A stretch of 64,000 bases of DNA from Patescibacteria group bacterium (GCA_039934415.1 JBDTME010000001.1:137417-201416), one strand, 5' to 3'. Counted from the stretch's first letter, positions 17,933 through 27,201 are shown. Notes: generated by a model from the letters alone, not told the origin. Numbers and translations: made by a program.

Positions 17933-18271
17933 ATGAAGTACGCCTGGTGGGTCATCTTCTTCTTATCCATCTTTTTATTCTGCACACAACGGGTTGCTGC
18001 AGTTGAGATTAGTGGTTTTGATCCCACCTCTCCTTACGTTGTTCATTCAGTGCCACTCATAGTCTCAGAACCTTTTGTGCCAGTCCTTGCTCCGACAGTT
18101 GCACCTATGCCAGGGACAATTGCTGACACTTCTGTGACAGTTGAATCACAGACTGAAGTGCAAACTGTGACTGACATTTCATATGATAATCAGAAAACCT
18201 ATGAGTCTTTCTTTACTAAAATGGGCAAAGAACTATCTTCACTGGTTTCTAAAATAAAAGCCGCAATGTAA
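17933..18271 (+). CDS. Small secreted protein of unknown function (signal peptide)
   Basis: 112 aa. 'MKYAWWVIFFLSIFLFCTQRVAAVEISG' is a signal peptide. The mature part is Pro/Val/Thr-rich. No recognisable domain. Confidence 0.4.
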   Translation: MKYAWWVIFFLSIFLFCTQRVAAVEISGFDPTSPYVVHSVPLIVSEPFVPVLAPTVAPMPGTIADTSVTVESQTEVQTVTDISYDNQKTYESFFTKMGKELSSLVSKIKAAM

Positions 18272-18317
18272 ATCAGGTCTCATCGTTTTTTTCTTTTTCA
18301 GATAACACCCTTATTGC

Positions 18318-18812
18318 TTGTTTCTAAGCTACAATATACTTATGTCCCTTCACTCCTCTATCCCTAGAATTCCATTCACTGCTGATGCATATGCCAAGAT
18401 GCAGGCAGAGTATCGAGAGTTGTTGAAGGAGCAGGATGAGCTAGTAGTCAGAGTAAACACTGCTCGATTAATGGGTGACTTGTCAGAGAACGGTGCGTAT
18501 AAATATGGCAAGATTGAGTTGGGAAATGTGCGACATCGTCTACGAGATTTGAAACACCTGATTACACATGGCGAAGTGGTTACTGCTTCGAAGTCAGGTT
18601 TCATTAGTTTTGGAAGCACTATAACTTTACAAAATGCTGCAAAAAAAATGACGTTCACTCTTGTAAGTGAGTTTGAATCTGATCCAGCGCAGGGAAAACT
18701 CTCCGACTCAAGCCCAATAGGTCAAGCTGTCAAAGGAAAAAAGATTGGTGATAGCGTAGTAGTTGTAACTCCGAATGGTGAGATGATGTACGAGATTGCT
18801 TCAGTTGAGTAA
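18318..18812 (+). CDS. greA: Transcription elongation factor GreA
   Basis: The N-terminal coiled-coil region has acidic tip residues ('DLSENGAYKYGKIELG'). The C-terminal FKBP-like domain 'SPIGQAVKGKKIGDSVVVVTPNGEMMYEIASVE' matches the GreA C-terminus. Probable true start at the internal Met near 18342. Confidence 0.75.
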   Translation: MFLSYNILMSLHSSIPRIPFTADAYAKMQAEYRELLKEQDELVVRVNTARLMGDLSENGAYKYGKIELGNVRHRLRDLKHLITHGEVVTASKSGFISFGSTITLQNAAKKMTFTLVSEFESDPAQGKLSDSSPIGQAVKGKKIGDSVVVVTPNGEMMYEIASVE

Positions 18813-19136
18813 ATGAATGTTTACTTCGGTTTTCAACATTTCCACTAACTCTGGATCCATATACTGATACTCGTCAGGAATATTGAGATTGACTATTTTT
18901 TTGTCTTTCATCTCAATTTGGAAATTTTCTTCTAAATATTCACGATGCTTTTTTTCCATTACAAAAATGATGTCAGCCCACTGAAGATCTTTTGAATTAA
19001 TATGATGAGCCGCACTTCCTGAAGTACCTGCCGAGCGAACTGATAATCCCGAAACAGTTTTGAAAATGTGTTCAGCGGTTGGGCTTCTATATTGATTGTA
19101 GGTACAAATGAAAAGAAGATTCATAAAATATTTCAA
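18801..19136 (-). CDS. Low-molecular-weight phosphatase family protein (LMW-PTP/ArsC-like)
   Basis: 111 aa. 'FICTYNQYRSP' fits the C-X5-R(S/T) P-loop of LMW phosphotyrosine phosphatases / arsenate reductases (nt 19086-19106). Immediately downstream of apbE. Confidence 0.5.
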   Translation of the reverse strand: MKYFMNLLFICTYNQYRSPTAEHIFKTVSGLSVRSAGTSGSAAHHINSKDLQWADIIFVMEKKHREYLEENFQIEMKDKKIVNLNIPDEYQYMDPELVEMLKTEVNIHLLN

Positions 19137-19145
19137 AACTATTTT

Positions 19146-20018
19146 CTAGTAGAACAACTCCCCTTTCCAATCGTCACTGACCTGAAGCGTAGCATCCGCA
19201 TTGACGATCAGATATTCTGCTTTTAACTCACTAGCTATTTCAGCATAATTTTCAGCTGGTGCAAAACTGAGACACGAGGTCATCTGGTCAGCTAAAAATG
19301 TTGAAGAAGAAATTGCAGCGTTTCCGAGCATCGAGGATACTGGTTTGCCCGTAGAAGCATTAACGAGGTGATGCCAGTTTTTCCATGCCCGTTTAAAGAT
19401 GTCCGAAACAGCAAGCCCTTGATTTTGGAGTCCGACAATTCCGATGGCAGTATCAGGCTTACCAGGATATTCGATGGCAACTTGCCAAGGTGAACCATCT
19501 CTTTTTTGTGTTCCAAACATGTCTCCACCACCTTCAACAAGATGATTCATGAACTTGTGTTTTTTCAAAATATTACTGATTTGGTCTATCCAGTATCCCT
19601 TACCGATGCCGCCGACGTCGAAAACTATAGGTCCATCTGTAATTAAAATTGTCTTGTGCACTGACCACTTGGGTGGTTTCCATTCTATTGTCTTTGGTGC
19701 TTTGCCAAAATTGTAATCTTGGTCATAACCAATTTCTTCAAAAAGCGTGGCAACACTCACATCAAACGCGCCATCACTCAATATACTTATTCTCTGTCCT
19801 GCTTGCAGCATCATAGCTAAAGTCTCGGAAATCTCATACTCACCTTGTTGTGCGTGACGAAATTTATTTGCTTCACTTGTAGAGATGAAACGAGAATACT
19901 GTTGATCGAACTGGTTCGTTTGTTCAAAAATATCTGTTATGACATTTTGTGGCAATTGTTCCACATCGACAGACACCTGCCAATGTGTACCCATCGATTC
20001 GAAAGAAAGGTTGAACAT
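19146..20018 (-). CDS. apbE: FAD:protein FMN transferase (ApbE family)
   Basis: 290 aa. N-terminal 'SMGTHWQVSV' (ApbE MGT start) and 'GGIGKGYWID' (nt 19593-19613) match the ApbE 'GGIAKGYAVD' flavin-binding motif. Eight nt downstream of the FMN-binding lipoprotein gene. Confidence 0.7.
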   Translation of the reverse strand: MFNLSFESMGTHWQVSVDVEQLPQNVITDIFEQTNQFDQQYSRFISTSEANKFRHAQQGEYEISETLAMMLQAGQRISILSDGAFDVSVATLFEEIGYDQDYNFGKAPKTIEWKPPKWSVHKTILITDGPIVFDVGGIGKGYWIDQISNILKKHKFMNHLVEGGGDMFGTQKRDGSPWQVAIEYPGKPDTAIGIVGLQNQGLAVSDIFKRAWKNWHHLVNASTGKPVSSMLGNAAISSSTFLADQMTSCLSFAPAENYAEIASELKAEYLIVNADATLQVSDDWKGELFY

Positions 20019-20026
20019 AGCAGAAA

Positions 20027-20479
20027 TTAGATTTGAGCTTTGAGATCTTGAAGTGAGGCGTTAAACGCATTGGTTGTTAAGGAAGACCCACCTACCCGGT
20101 CAATATTGGTGAGTTCACTCAACTTTTTTCCTTTAATAACAGCAGGTAAACCTTCAGCAAATTTCGTCTGGCGATCAACTGAAATTGGTTTTAATCCATG
20201 TATCTCAGTTTTTGCATCAGAAATAATGCCGTTTTCATCTAGTACTAAAGTAAATCCGACAGCCTCTTCTCCAGCAGGCGATTGATACTTTGTTGTTACA
20301 CTAACTTCCTTACCTTTGGTCATTCCTTCTGATGTTTTTTGGGTAGGTGCTGGTGTCATTTCGGCGGTAACTTCAGGAGTAACTGTTTGGTCTGAAGAAG
20401 AAGGCTGCGGCTGGCATGCTGCCAAAAGTACGCTTGAAACAATTGCGACACTGAGTAGAAGAGTAGTGGATTTTGGCAT
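20027..20479 (-). CDS. FMN-binding-domain lipoprotein (candidate ApbE substrate)
   Basis: 150 aa. Lipoprotein signal peptide with lipobox 'LAAC'. C-terminal 'IDRVGGSSLTTNAF' (nt 20072-20101) resembles the FMN_bind motif 'D-x-x-(S/T)-G-A-(T/S)-x-T' that ApbE flavinylates. A perfect AGGAGG Shine-Dalgarno lies 5 nt upstream of the ATG. Confidence 0.5.
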   Translation of the reverse strand: MPKSTTLLLSVAIVSSVLLAACQPQPSSSDQTVTPEVTAEMTPAPTQKTSEGMTKGKEVSVTTKYQSPAGEEAVGFTLVLDENGIISDAKTEIHGLKPISVDRQTKFAEGLPAVIKGKKLSELTNIDRVGGSSLTTNAFNASLQDLKAQI

Positions 20480-20484
20480 GTTGG

Positions 20485-20490
20485 CCTCCT
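20485..20490 (-). promoter_or_regulatory. Shine-Dalgarno AGGAGG for the FMN-binding lipoprotein gene
   Basis: The minus-strand sequence reads 'AGGAGGccaacATG'. Most other genes in the window lack a comparable ribosome-binding site. Confidence 0.55.
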
Positions 20491-20528
20491 ATAATGTATG
20501 TAATATATAGACGAAGATAGATAATACC

Positions 20529-21386
20529 ATGAAAAGAAATTTGTTACCGATAAAAATTCTAATACTCTATCTTATTTTACTAATGCTGATTGGTAGCTTA
20601 AGTCAAGCAGGATTATCACTGAGTGTGTGGTTTACTCAGTTTAGAAATTTCGCTTTAGTACTAGGTGGAGCGCAAGCAGTCTATAGTCTTTTGCTCTTTT
20701 TAAAAAAAACAAAGCCAACTATATTCGACCACCGATTGATTACCTGTGCAATTCTATTTTTGTTATTCTACTCTGATAATCCTTGGTATTTTTTCTTTGG
20801 TTTGGGTGTCAGTGTCGAACTTCTGCAACGCTTCATTCGCTTGCCGACTGGTCCTGTAGTGAACCCTGCAGGTTTCGTTGTATTGATTGCAACACTAATG
20901 GGTTACTACCCAGTCTGGTGGGGAGCAAGTTTTGCACCTCGAACCCCTTTGTCTTTTGGTGGTATAAGTGTGGCGGTACTTTTTACAATTCCTTTTGGTT
21001 TATACGTTGCATATAAATATAGAAAATTAAAAATCATCTTTTCTTTATTATTGGCATTTGCTTTGTCTTACCTTTTCATATCTCAACACAGTCCTCTTTT
21101 TATAATCACAGAAGGTACTTTCCTATTCTTTGCTTTAGTAATGGCAATTGAACCAAAGACGTCACCTGTAATACGCAATGAGCAAATAGTATACGGAGTT
21201 ACGTTAGGAATATTAGTTACGCTTGCAAATATAATTAATTTCCCTGAAACATTTGTTGGTCCTCTAGTCCTATGCAATATCATTTTTAATATGTATAGAA
21301 ATCGAAAATTTTTAGCTACGAAGTTTCGTCGATCTTCCGTACCCACCTCGCCAGTAGTAACTGGCAGTGCTACAATCAGCCAATGA
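20529..21386 (+). CDS. Polytopic membrane protein, possible reduced RnfD/NqrB-like subunit
   Basis: 285 aa, 7-8 TMs. 'FFALVMAIEPKTSPV' (nt 21141-21167) resembles the 'FFMATDPVTSP' block of the NQR2_RnfD_RnfE family. Divergent from the apbE/FMN-bind pair, separated by 49 bp. The assignment is tentative. Confidence 0.35.
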   Translation: MKRNLLPIKILILYLILLMLIGSLSQAGLSLSVWFTQFRNFALVLGGAQAVYSLLLFLKKTKPTIFDHRLITCAILFLLFYSDNPWYFFFGLGVSVELLQRFIRLPTGPVVNPAGFVVLIATLMGYYPVWWGASFAPRTPLSFGGISVAVLFTIPFGLYVAYKYRKLKIIFSLLLAFALSYLFISQHSPLFIITEGTFLFFALVMAIEPKTSPVIRNEQIVYGVTLGILVTLANIINFPETFVGPLVLCNIIFNMYRNRKFLATKFRRSSVPTSPVVTGSATISQ

Positions 21387-22366
21387 GTACACTACGTTTT
21401 TCTAACCAAATAGTTTTAATTACTGGGGCAGCAGGTTTCATTGGTTCACATTTGGCAGAAACTATCATGAACGAAGGTGGTCAAGTCATTGGGGTAGACA
21501 ACTTTATTACTGGCCAAAAGAAACATATTGACATGCTCGTTGAGCAATTTGGAACAGCATTCAAGTTTATTGAGGCAGATGTGAGCTCCAATCCTGAAGA
21601 GTACTTAGCTGAAGAGCAGAAAATAGATTTAATTTTACATTTTGCTTCACCAGCCAGTCCCCCGAAATATCAAGAACACCCTATGGAGACCTATTTAGTA
21701 AATAGCATGGGTACTCATCAACTTTTATCTTTTTTACGCGTTCACCATCCCCAAGCCAAGTTTTTGTTTGCTTCTACCTCAGAAATTTATGGAAATCCAC
21801 TCGTTCATCCACAAACAGAAATGTACTGGGGAAATGTTAATCCTAATGGCGTGCGCTCTTGTTATGATGAATCGAAGCGCATGGGAGAAACAATTTGTGG
21901 TGTTTTTCAAAGAGACTTTGAGATGGATGTGAGGATGGTTCGCATTTTTAACACATACGGTCCTCGGATTGATCTAGAAGATGGTCGTATTATCCCTAGT
22001 TTTATTAATGCTGTTCTAAATAAAACTCCAATGCTGATTTTTGGAGATGGTTCCCAGACACGTTCCTTTTGTTATGTTGATGATTTAGTTTCAGGTATCT
22101 TAGCACTTGCAGTACACCCTGATGGTAATGGACAGACTCTCAATTTGGGTAACCCCGGTGAGTTTACAGTGCTTGAAACTGTAAAAGTGTTTGAATTAAT
22201 TGTTGGAGAATCTCTTGCCTTAGAACATAGACCATTACCTCAGGATGATCCAATGCGTCGACAACCAGACATCACAAAAGCAAAATCCTTACTGAATTGG
22301 GAGCCGAAAGTCAGTTTTGAACAAGGTCTAATTAAAACACTTCAATACTTCCAGGCTCAGCATTAA
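21383..22366 (+). CDS. UDP-glucuronate decarboxylase (UDP-xylose synthase, SDR family)
   Basis: 327 aa. 'ITGAAGFIGSHL' Rossmann motif. 'YDESKRMGE' is the YxxxK catalytic motif as in UXS 'YDEGKRVAE'. 'NTYGPR' also fits. Confidence 0.75.
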   Translation: MSTLRFSNQIVLITGAAGFIGSHLAETIMNEGGQVIGVDNFITGQKKHIDMLVEQFGTAFKFIEADVSSNPEEYLAEEQKIDLILHFASPASPPKYQEHPMETYLVNSMGTHQLLSFLRVHHPQAKFLFASTSEIYGNPLVHPQTEMYWGNVNPNGVRSCYDESKRMGETICGVFQRDFEMDVRMVRIFNTYGPRIDLEDGRIIPSFINAVLNKTPMLIFGDGSQTRSFCYVDDLVSGILALAVHPDGNGQTLNLGNPGEFTVLETVKVFELIVGESLALEHRPLPQDDPMRRQPDITKAKSLLNWEPKVSFEQGLIKTLQYFQAQH

Positions 22367-22386
22367 ATTTTAATCTCTGAAAATTT

Positions 22387-22860
22387 ATGAAAATTTTAAT
22401 TACGTTCGCGTCGATAGGTGGCAATACCATGATGGTTGCTCAAAAAATCGAAGAACTTTTGAAAGCACACGGCCAGGCTGAAGTAGAGTTAGTTGATATG
22501 GCTGAACTCGAACCAGCAACATTAAGCTCGTACCCGATTGTTTTTATAGGATCTTCTACCTGGGGTGATGGAGAATATAATGACTATTCACAAGTTTTTT
22601 TTGACAATTTGAAAGCAGCTACTGTTGACCTTAGCCAAAGCCGGTTTGCCATTTTTGGTTTAGGGGAAACTTTTTATCCAGTTTTTTGCGGTGCAGTTGA
22701 ACATATGCAGCAAGATTTGCAGACGAAACAGGCACAACTACTGGGTGAAGCTTTGAAAATTGATGGCTTTCCAGACGAGAATGTCATGCAATCTGTTGAG
22801 AAATGGGTAGAAGACATCATAAATGATGTAAATTTCACCTCTTCTCACATCGAGAAATAA
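22387..22860 (+). CDS. Flavodoxin (short-chain)
   Basis: 157 aa. 'KILITFASIGGNTMMVAQKI' matches the flavodoxin FMN phosphate-binding signature (T/S-x-T-G-x-T). 'FIGSSTWGDGE' is the typical isoalloxazine loop. Confidence 0.65.
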   Translation: MKILITFASIGGNTMMVAQKIEELLKAHGQAEVELVDMAELEPATLSSYPIVFIGSSTWGDGEYNDYSQVFFDNLKAATVDLSQSRFAIFGLGETFYPVFCGAVEHMQQDLQTKQAQLLGEALKIDGFPDENVMQSVEKWVEDIINDVNFTSSHIEK

Positions 22861-22900
22861 TTGCTATGGTGGGGATATTTGAATTCAGGTTCATTCTAAG

Positions 22901-24166
22901 ATGAAGTATTTTCGCTCACTCATATCACATCCCTTTTTAAGAGGAACTTTCATCTTCACATCTCTCTCTTTTGTGGCCAGTTTGTTTAGTTATGCTTTTA
23001 ACTTTTTGCTGGCACACGTTGTATCCCGGACGCAATATGGTGAGTATTCAGCAGCTATTTCGTATTTCTCATTATTCACTGTCCCGTTTGGCGCGCTGAG
23101 CTTAATTTTAATGAAAAAAATAGGCCAAATATCTTTGTCACAGCGGGAAAGTTATGTATTAGCCGTAGAAAAATCGTTCTATCAAAGTATTGCTAAATAT
23201 TTACCACTTATCGCTATCATTTCTTTATTAGTGGGAGTGGTGCTCTTGTTTGTTTCTCGTTTACAACTTTCAAGTGTCGCGTTCGTCCTTGTTTTAACTG
23301 GGATGACTTTTTTTATTACAATTTACACATCATTTTTTCAGGCGAAGAAACAATTTGTATTTGCTGGAGTATTTCTTTGTTTGTTATCTTTGCTCAAAGT
23401 ACTTACTGGCGGAGTTTCGGCTTTTTTCCGAGATGATCTTTGGGAGTTATATCTCATGATTGGAATCATACACGTACTGATGATCTTATTTGCGAAATGG
23501 TATTTGAGGAGAGATGGAAAAAAGATGAGCGTGAATGTTACTTTTCCAAAATTTTCCATTTTAATTGCTCAACAATCTTTTTACATACCGGTTATTACTT
23601 TTCTAGGTTTGGTCGCGATGACTAATATTGATATCATGATTGTCAAACGCTTTTTCGATGCCGCTGACGTAGGTTCGTATGCAGCGATTTCTCTGTTAGG
23701 AAGAATTATCTTATATGTTAGTTTACCTCTAACTACTGTTGCATTTGCTTTTTTCACCGACAAAGAAACAAATAATCACAGTAATTCTGTGCTGTGGATT
23801 AGTTTGGGATTTCTAGCTATTTTAGGAGTCATCAGTGTCGCAGGTTATACGCTTTTTCCAATGTTAGTTGTGAAAATTATTTTTGGGGCACAATATTTGT
23901 CTATTTCTTCTGTAGTTTGGTTAGCTGCAGTGTTTGGTTCTATTTATTCTTTGGCCACCTTGCTTGGTCAATACTGGGTAGCTCAACACCACCCAATTAG
24001 CATGGCTTCTCTATTATGCGCTGCAATACAAGCTGTTTGGTTAATGGTCATGCATGACACGTTTGTCACGGTGTTGTCGATCTCAATTGTGTGCTCAACA
24101 GTCTTACTAGTTATTTACTTGTCTGCCCTCATTTATCACCAAAGGTGGATCTATGTTTCAGCGTGA
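22901..24166 (+). CDS. Wzx-like oligosaccharide flippase / polysaccharide biosynthesis protein (MOP superfamily)
   Basis: 421 aa, about 12 TMs. N-terminal 'LLAHVVSRTQYGEYSAAISY' resembles the Polysacc_synt 'lARlLgpeeyGvys' block. Confidence 0.45.
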   Translation: MKYFRSLISHPFLRGTFIFTSLSFVASLFSYAFNFLLAHVVSRTQYGEYSAAISYFSLFTVPFGALSLILMKKIGQISLSQRESYVLAVEKSFYQSIAKYLPLIAIISLLVGVVLLFVSRLQLSSVAFVLVLTGMTFFITIYTSFFQAKKQFVFAGVFLCLLSLLKVLTGGVSAFFRDDLWELYLMIGIIHVLMILFAKWYLRRDGKKMSVNVTFPKFSILIAQQSFYIPVITFLGLVAMTNIDIMIVKRFFDAADVGSYAAISLLGRIILYVSLPLTTVAFAFFTDKETNNHSNSVLWISLGFLAILGVISVAGYTLFPMLVVKIIFGAQYLSISSVVWLAAVFGSIYSLATLLGQYWVAQHHPISMASLLCAAIQAVWLMVMHDTFVTVLSISIVCSTVLLVIYLSALIYHQRWIYVSA

Positions 24167-24950
24167 CAGCCATTTCTTAAGTCTTATTGTCCCTGCCTTT
24201 CGTCAAGAAAAAACAATCGTTAAGAATATAAAACAGCTCCTGAATGTGTTGGATACTATTCGATACGACTATGAACTCATCATTGTCATTGATGGGAAAG
24301 TTGACGAATCTTTGAAGATTTTAAAAAAAGCGAAATTGGGAAAGACAACAATTGTTAGTTATAAACAAAACCGTGGCAAAGCGTTTGCGATTAGAATGGG
24401 GATGAATCGTGCTAAAGGTGACTATGTCATGTTTATAGATTCAGGATTAGAAATCGATCCAAACGGAATCTCGATGTTACTTGAGCATATGGAGTGGTAT
24501 GACGCTGATGTGATTGTTGGGTCGAAGAGGCACCCAGCTTCTCATGTGAACTATACTTGGCAGCGGAAAATACTGAGTTATGGGTACTATTATTTTGTGC
24601 GATTGTTCTTTGGGTTAAATGTCAGAGATACTCAAGCGGGAATCAAAATTTTCAAGAAATCAGTTTTGGAAAAAATCTTGCACAGATTAGTGGAAAAGAG
24701 ATTTGCGGGAGATTTGGAAATGTTGGTTGTAGCAAGGCAAGTGGGGTCAAGACGTATCTTTGAGGCACCGATTAAGTTAAATTACGAGTTCAGTACATTG
24801 ACTTCAGCTGCTACTTATCGATCGATATTTTTCATTATTGTGGATACGTTAGCTATTTTCTATCGAGCACATATTATTAGATATTACCGAGGGACGCATC
24901 ATCGATTAGTAGAGCCAAAAGACATTCGAATCTACCGTCTGACGAAATGA
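24153..24950 (+). CDS. Family 2 glycosyltransferase, dolichyl/polyprenyl-phosphate sugar synthase-like (DPM1/GtrB/ArnC type)
   Basis: 265 aa. 'LSLIVPAFRQEKTI...IIVIDGKVDES...FIDSGLE' are GT2 motifs. A C-terminal hydrophobic helix 'IFFIIVDTLAIFY' as in GtrB/ArnC. Confidence 0.6.
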   Translation: MFQRDSHFLSLIVPAFRQEKTIVKNIKQLLNVLDTIRYDYELIIVIDGKVDESLKILKKAKLGKTTIVSYKQNRGKAFAIRMGMNRAKGDYVMFIDSGLEIDPNGISMLLEHMEWYDADVIVGSKRHPASHVNYTWQRKILSYGYYYFVRLFFGLNVRDTQAGIKIFKKSVLEKILHRLVEKRFAGDLEMLVVARQVGSRRIFEAPIKLNYEFSTLTSAATYRSIFFIIVDTLAIFYRAHIIRYYRGTHHRLVEPKDIRIYRLTK

Positions 24951-26059
24951 TAAATAAGACAAGAAGTATCATTATCTTTAATTGGCGTGACCCTAGTGAT
25001 CCTCTGGCTGGAGGCGCTGAGCGAGTTACACTCAAGCACGCCCAATACTGGGTTGCAGTTGGTCATCAAGTAACTTGGGTGAGCGGTACTTTTCCAGGTT
25101 GTAAGAAAGAGGAAAATAAGGGAAAAATTCGCTTCATCAGATTAGGTAGTTCGAGAACACTATTTCTCAGAGCTTGGTGGATTTTTTGGATTCGATTAAA
25201 CGGCAACTTTGACGTTGTAATTGATGAAGTGCATGGTTTGCCCATGTTTTCTCCATTATGGTCCGGAGACAAAAAGGTGATTACTTTCATTCATGAGGTT
25301 GCACAGGAAATTTGGGCGGAGATGTTCGCTGTTCCCATTAGCTGGCTTGGTCAATGGTTTGAGCGTTGGATTTTTCCGAGGATCTATCACTCCACCCTTT
25401 TTTGGGTAGACTGCCAATCAACTTTACTTGATTTAGTCAAAATTGGAATTCCTATGAAAAGGATTTCAGTCATTCCTTGTGCAATCGACCCAGTTCCTAA
25501 CATTCCTAAACAATCGAAAGAGAAAGATTTAACACTTATTTTTGTAGCGCGACTCGTCAAAATGAAAGGGATTGAGTTTGCTTTGCAATCCTTTGCAAGG
25601 ATTTTGCAAGATGAACCAAAAGCAAAGCTTTGGGTTGTCGGAGGTGGTTCAACTGAGTATCTAAAAACTTTGCATGTTATTTGTAAAAAGTTGAATATTA
25701 TAAAGCAAGTCAGGTTCTATGGGTTAGTTGAAGAAAAACAAAAATTTATTTTACTCGCAAAAGCACATTTTCTCATTCACACGTCAATTAGAGAGGGTTT
25801 TGGATTAACAGTGCTTGAAGCAAATTCACAACGGACCCCAGCAGCAGTGTTTGACGTTCCAGCCTTAAGAGATCTCGTGAATGATCAAAATGGTATTATT
25901 GTGCCATTTGAAGATACGGATCAATTGGCTCGACAGATTCTGTTGCTTTTTCAGAATGATAAGCGCTATGGGAGAATTCAAAAAACGGCGTATACTTTTA
26001 GTCAACAATTTAGATGGAGCACCTTCACTCAACAGAGTGAAGCGTTGGTGAAGGTATGA
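24947..26059 (+). CDS. Family 4 glycosyltransferase (GT-B)
   Basis: 370 aa. 'LIFVARLVKMKG...IREGFGLTVLEA' with E-x7-E. Confidence 0.6.
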   Translation: MINKTRSIIIFNWRDPSDPLAGGAERVTLKHAQYWVAVGHQVTWVSGTFPGCKKEENKGKIRFIRLGSSRTLFLRAWWIFWIRLNGNFDVVIDEVHGLPMFSPLWSGDKKVITFIHEVAQEIWAEMFAVPISWLGQWFERWIFPRIYHSTLFWVDCQSTLLDLVKIGIPMKRISVIPCAIDPVPNIPKQSKEKDLTLIFVARLVKMKGIEFALQSFARILQDEPKAKLWVVGGGSTEYLKTLHVICKKLNIIKQVRFYGLVEEKQKFILLAKAHFLIHTSIREGFGLTVLEANSQRTPAAVFDVPALRDLVNDQNGIIVPFEDTDQLARQILLLFQNDKRYGRIQKTAYTFSQQFRWSTFTQQSEALVKV

Positions 26060-27201
26060 GTAGTTCTGTACAATTTTTCCCCTTGGCGAAACCTGTACTG
26101 GGACGGGAGGAAGAAAAAGCGGTTATTGAGGCTTTACGTTCTGGTTGGATTACATTGGGCCCAAAAACTGCAGAGTTCGAAGAGCAATTTTGTAAATACA
26201 TTGGCTGTAAATACGCGATTGCGCTTAATTCTGCAACCGCAGCATTGCACATCGCATTTTTTGATTTGAATTTAAAGCCTGGAGACGAAGTGATTGTTCC
26301 TGCTTTTACATTTGCGGCTACTGTCAACACAGTTATTCATTCTGGAGGAACTCCTGTTTTAGCTGATGTTGATCCCGAAACGTTTTGTCTTAATCCTAAA
26401 TCAGTTGAGGCAAAAATCACTTCTCGCACGCGAGCAATTTGTGCTGTTCATTATGCAGGTCATCCTTGTGATATGGATGCGCTTGAAAAACTTGCCAAAA
26501 AACATCATTTAGAAATCGTAGAAGATGCTGCCACTGCAGTGGGTACGGAGTACCATGGAAAAAAAATTGGTAACTCGAATCATTCAGTTTGTTTTAGTTT
26601 TCATCCGATAAAAAACATGACCACAGGGGACGGTGGAATGCTGACGATCAATGATAAAGAAAAAGCAGACCGGATGCGTCTACTCCGTTTGCAAGGTATG
26701 AACAAAGAAGCATGGAAACGGTTGGATAAGTCGGGTTCCTGGTTCTATGAGATCGTTGCACCTGGATTTAAGTACAACATGACGGATATATCGGCAGCAA
26801 TTGGTATAGAACAGCTCAAAAAACTCGACAAATTTGACAAGAGAAGAACGGCTATAGTGAAAATGTATAAAAAATTACTTAAGAATAAAGAACTCACTTT
26901 TCAAAAAATTCAACGAGATGTTGTTCACAGTCACAACCTTTTTCCAATCTTGCTGCCTGAACGACTTATTTCAAAACGTAATGAAATCATTGATAAATTA
27001 AAAGAGGCTCAAATTGGGGCAAACGTCTATTATATTCCACTCAATTATCATCCGTACTATCAAGAAAAGTTTGGTTGGAAAAAAGGTGAGTATCCAGTGA
27101 CGGAATCAATTTATTCTCGGTTGATAAATTTGCCACTCTACCCTAGTTTGAAAAATCAAGACATTGAATACATTGCTGAACACGTTGCAAAACTATTATG
27201 A
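26056..27201 (+). CDS. DegT/DnrJ/EryC1/StrS-family PLP-dependent sugar aminotransferase
   Basis: 381 aa. 'SFHPIKNMTTGDGGM' contains the PLP-Lys motif of this family. 'DEVIVPAFTFAAT' also matches. Confidence 0.8.
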   Translation: MSSSVQFFPLAKPVLGREEEKAVIEALRSGWITLGPKTAEFEEQFCKYIGCKYAIALNSATAALHIAFFDLNLKPGDEVIVPAFTFAATVNTVIHSGGTPVLADVDPETFCLNPKSVEAKITSRTRAICAVHYAGHPCDMDALEKLAKKHHLEIVEDAATAVGTEYHGKKIGNSNHSVCFSFHPIKNMTTGDGGMLTINDKEKADRMRLLRLQGMNKEAWKRLDKSGSWFYEIVAPGFKYNMTDISAAIGIEQLKKLDKFDKRRTAIVKMYKKLLKNKELTFQKIQRDVVHSHNLFPILLPERLISKRNEIIDKLKEAQIGANVYYIPLNYHPYYQEKFGWKKGEYPVTESIYSRLINLPLYPSLKNQDIEYIAEHVAKLL

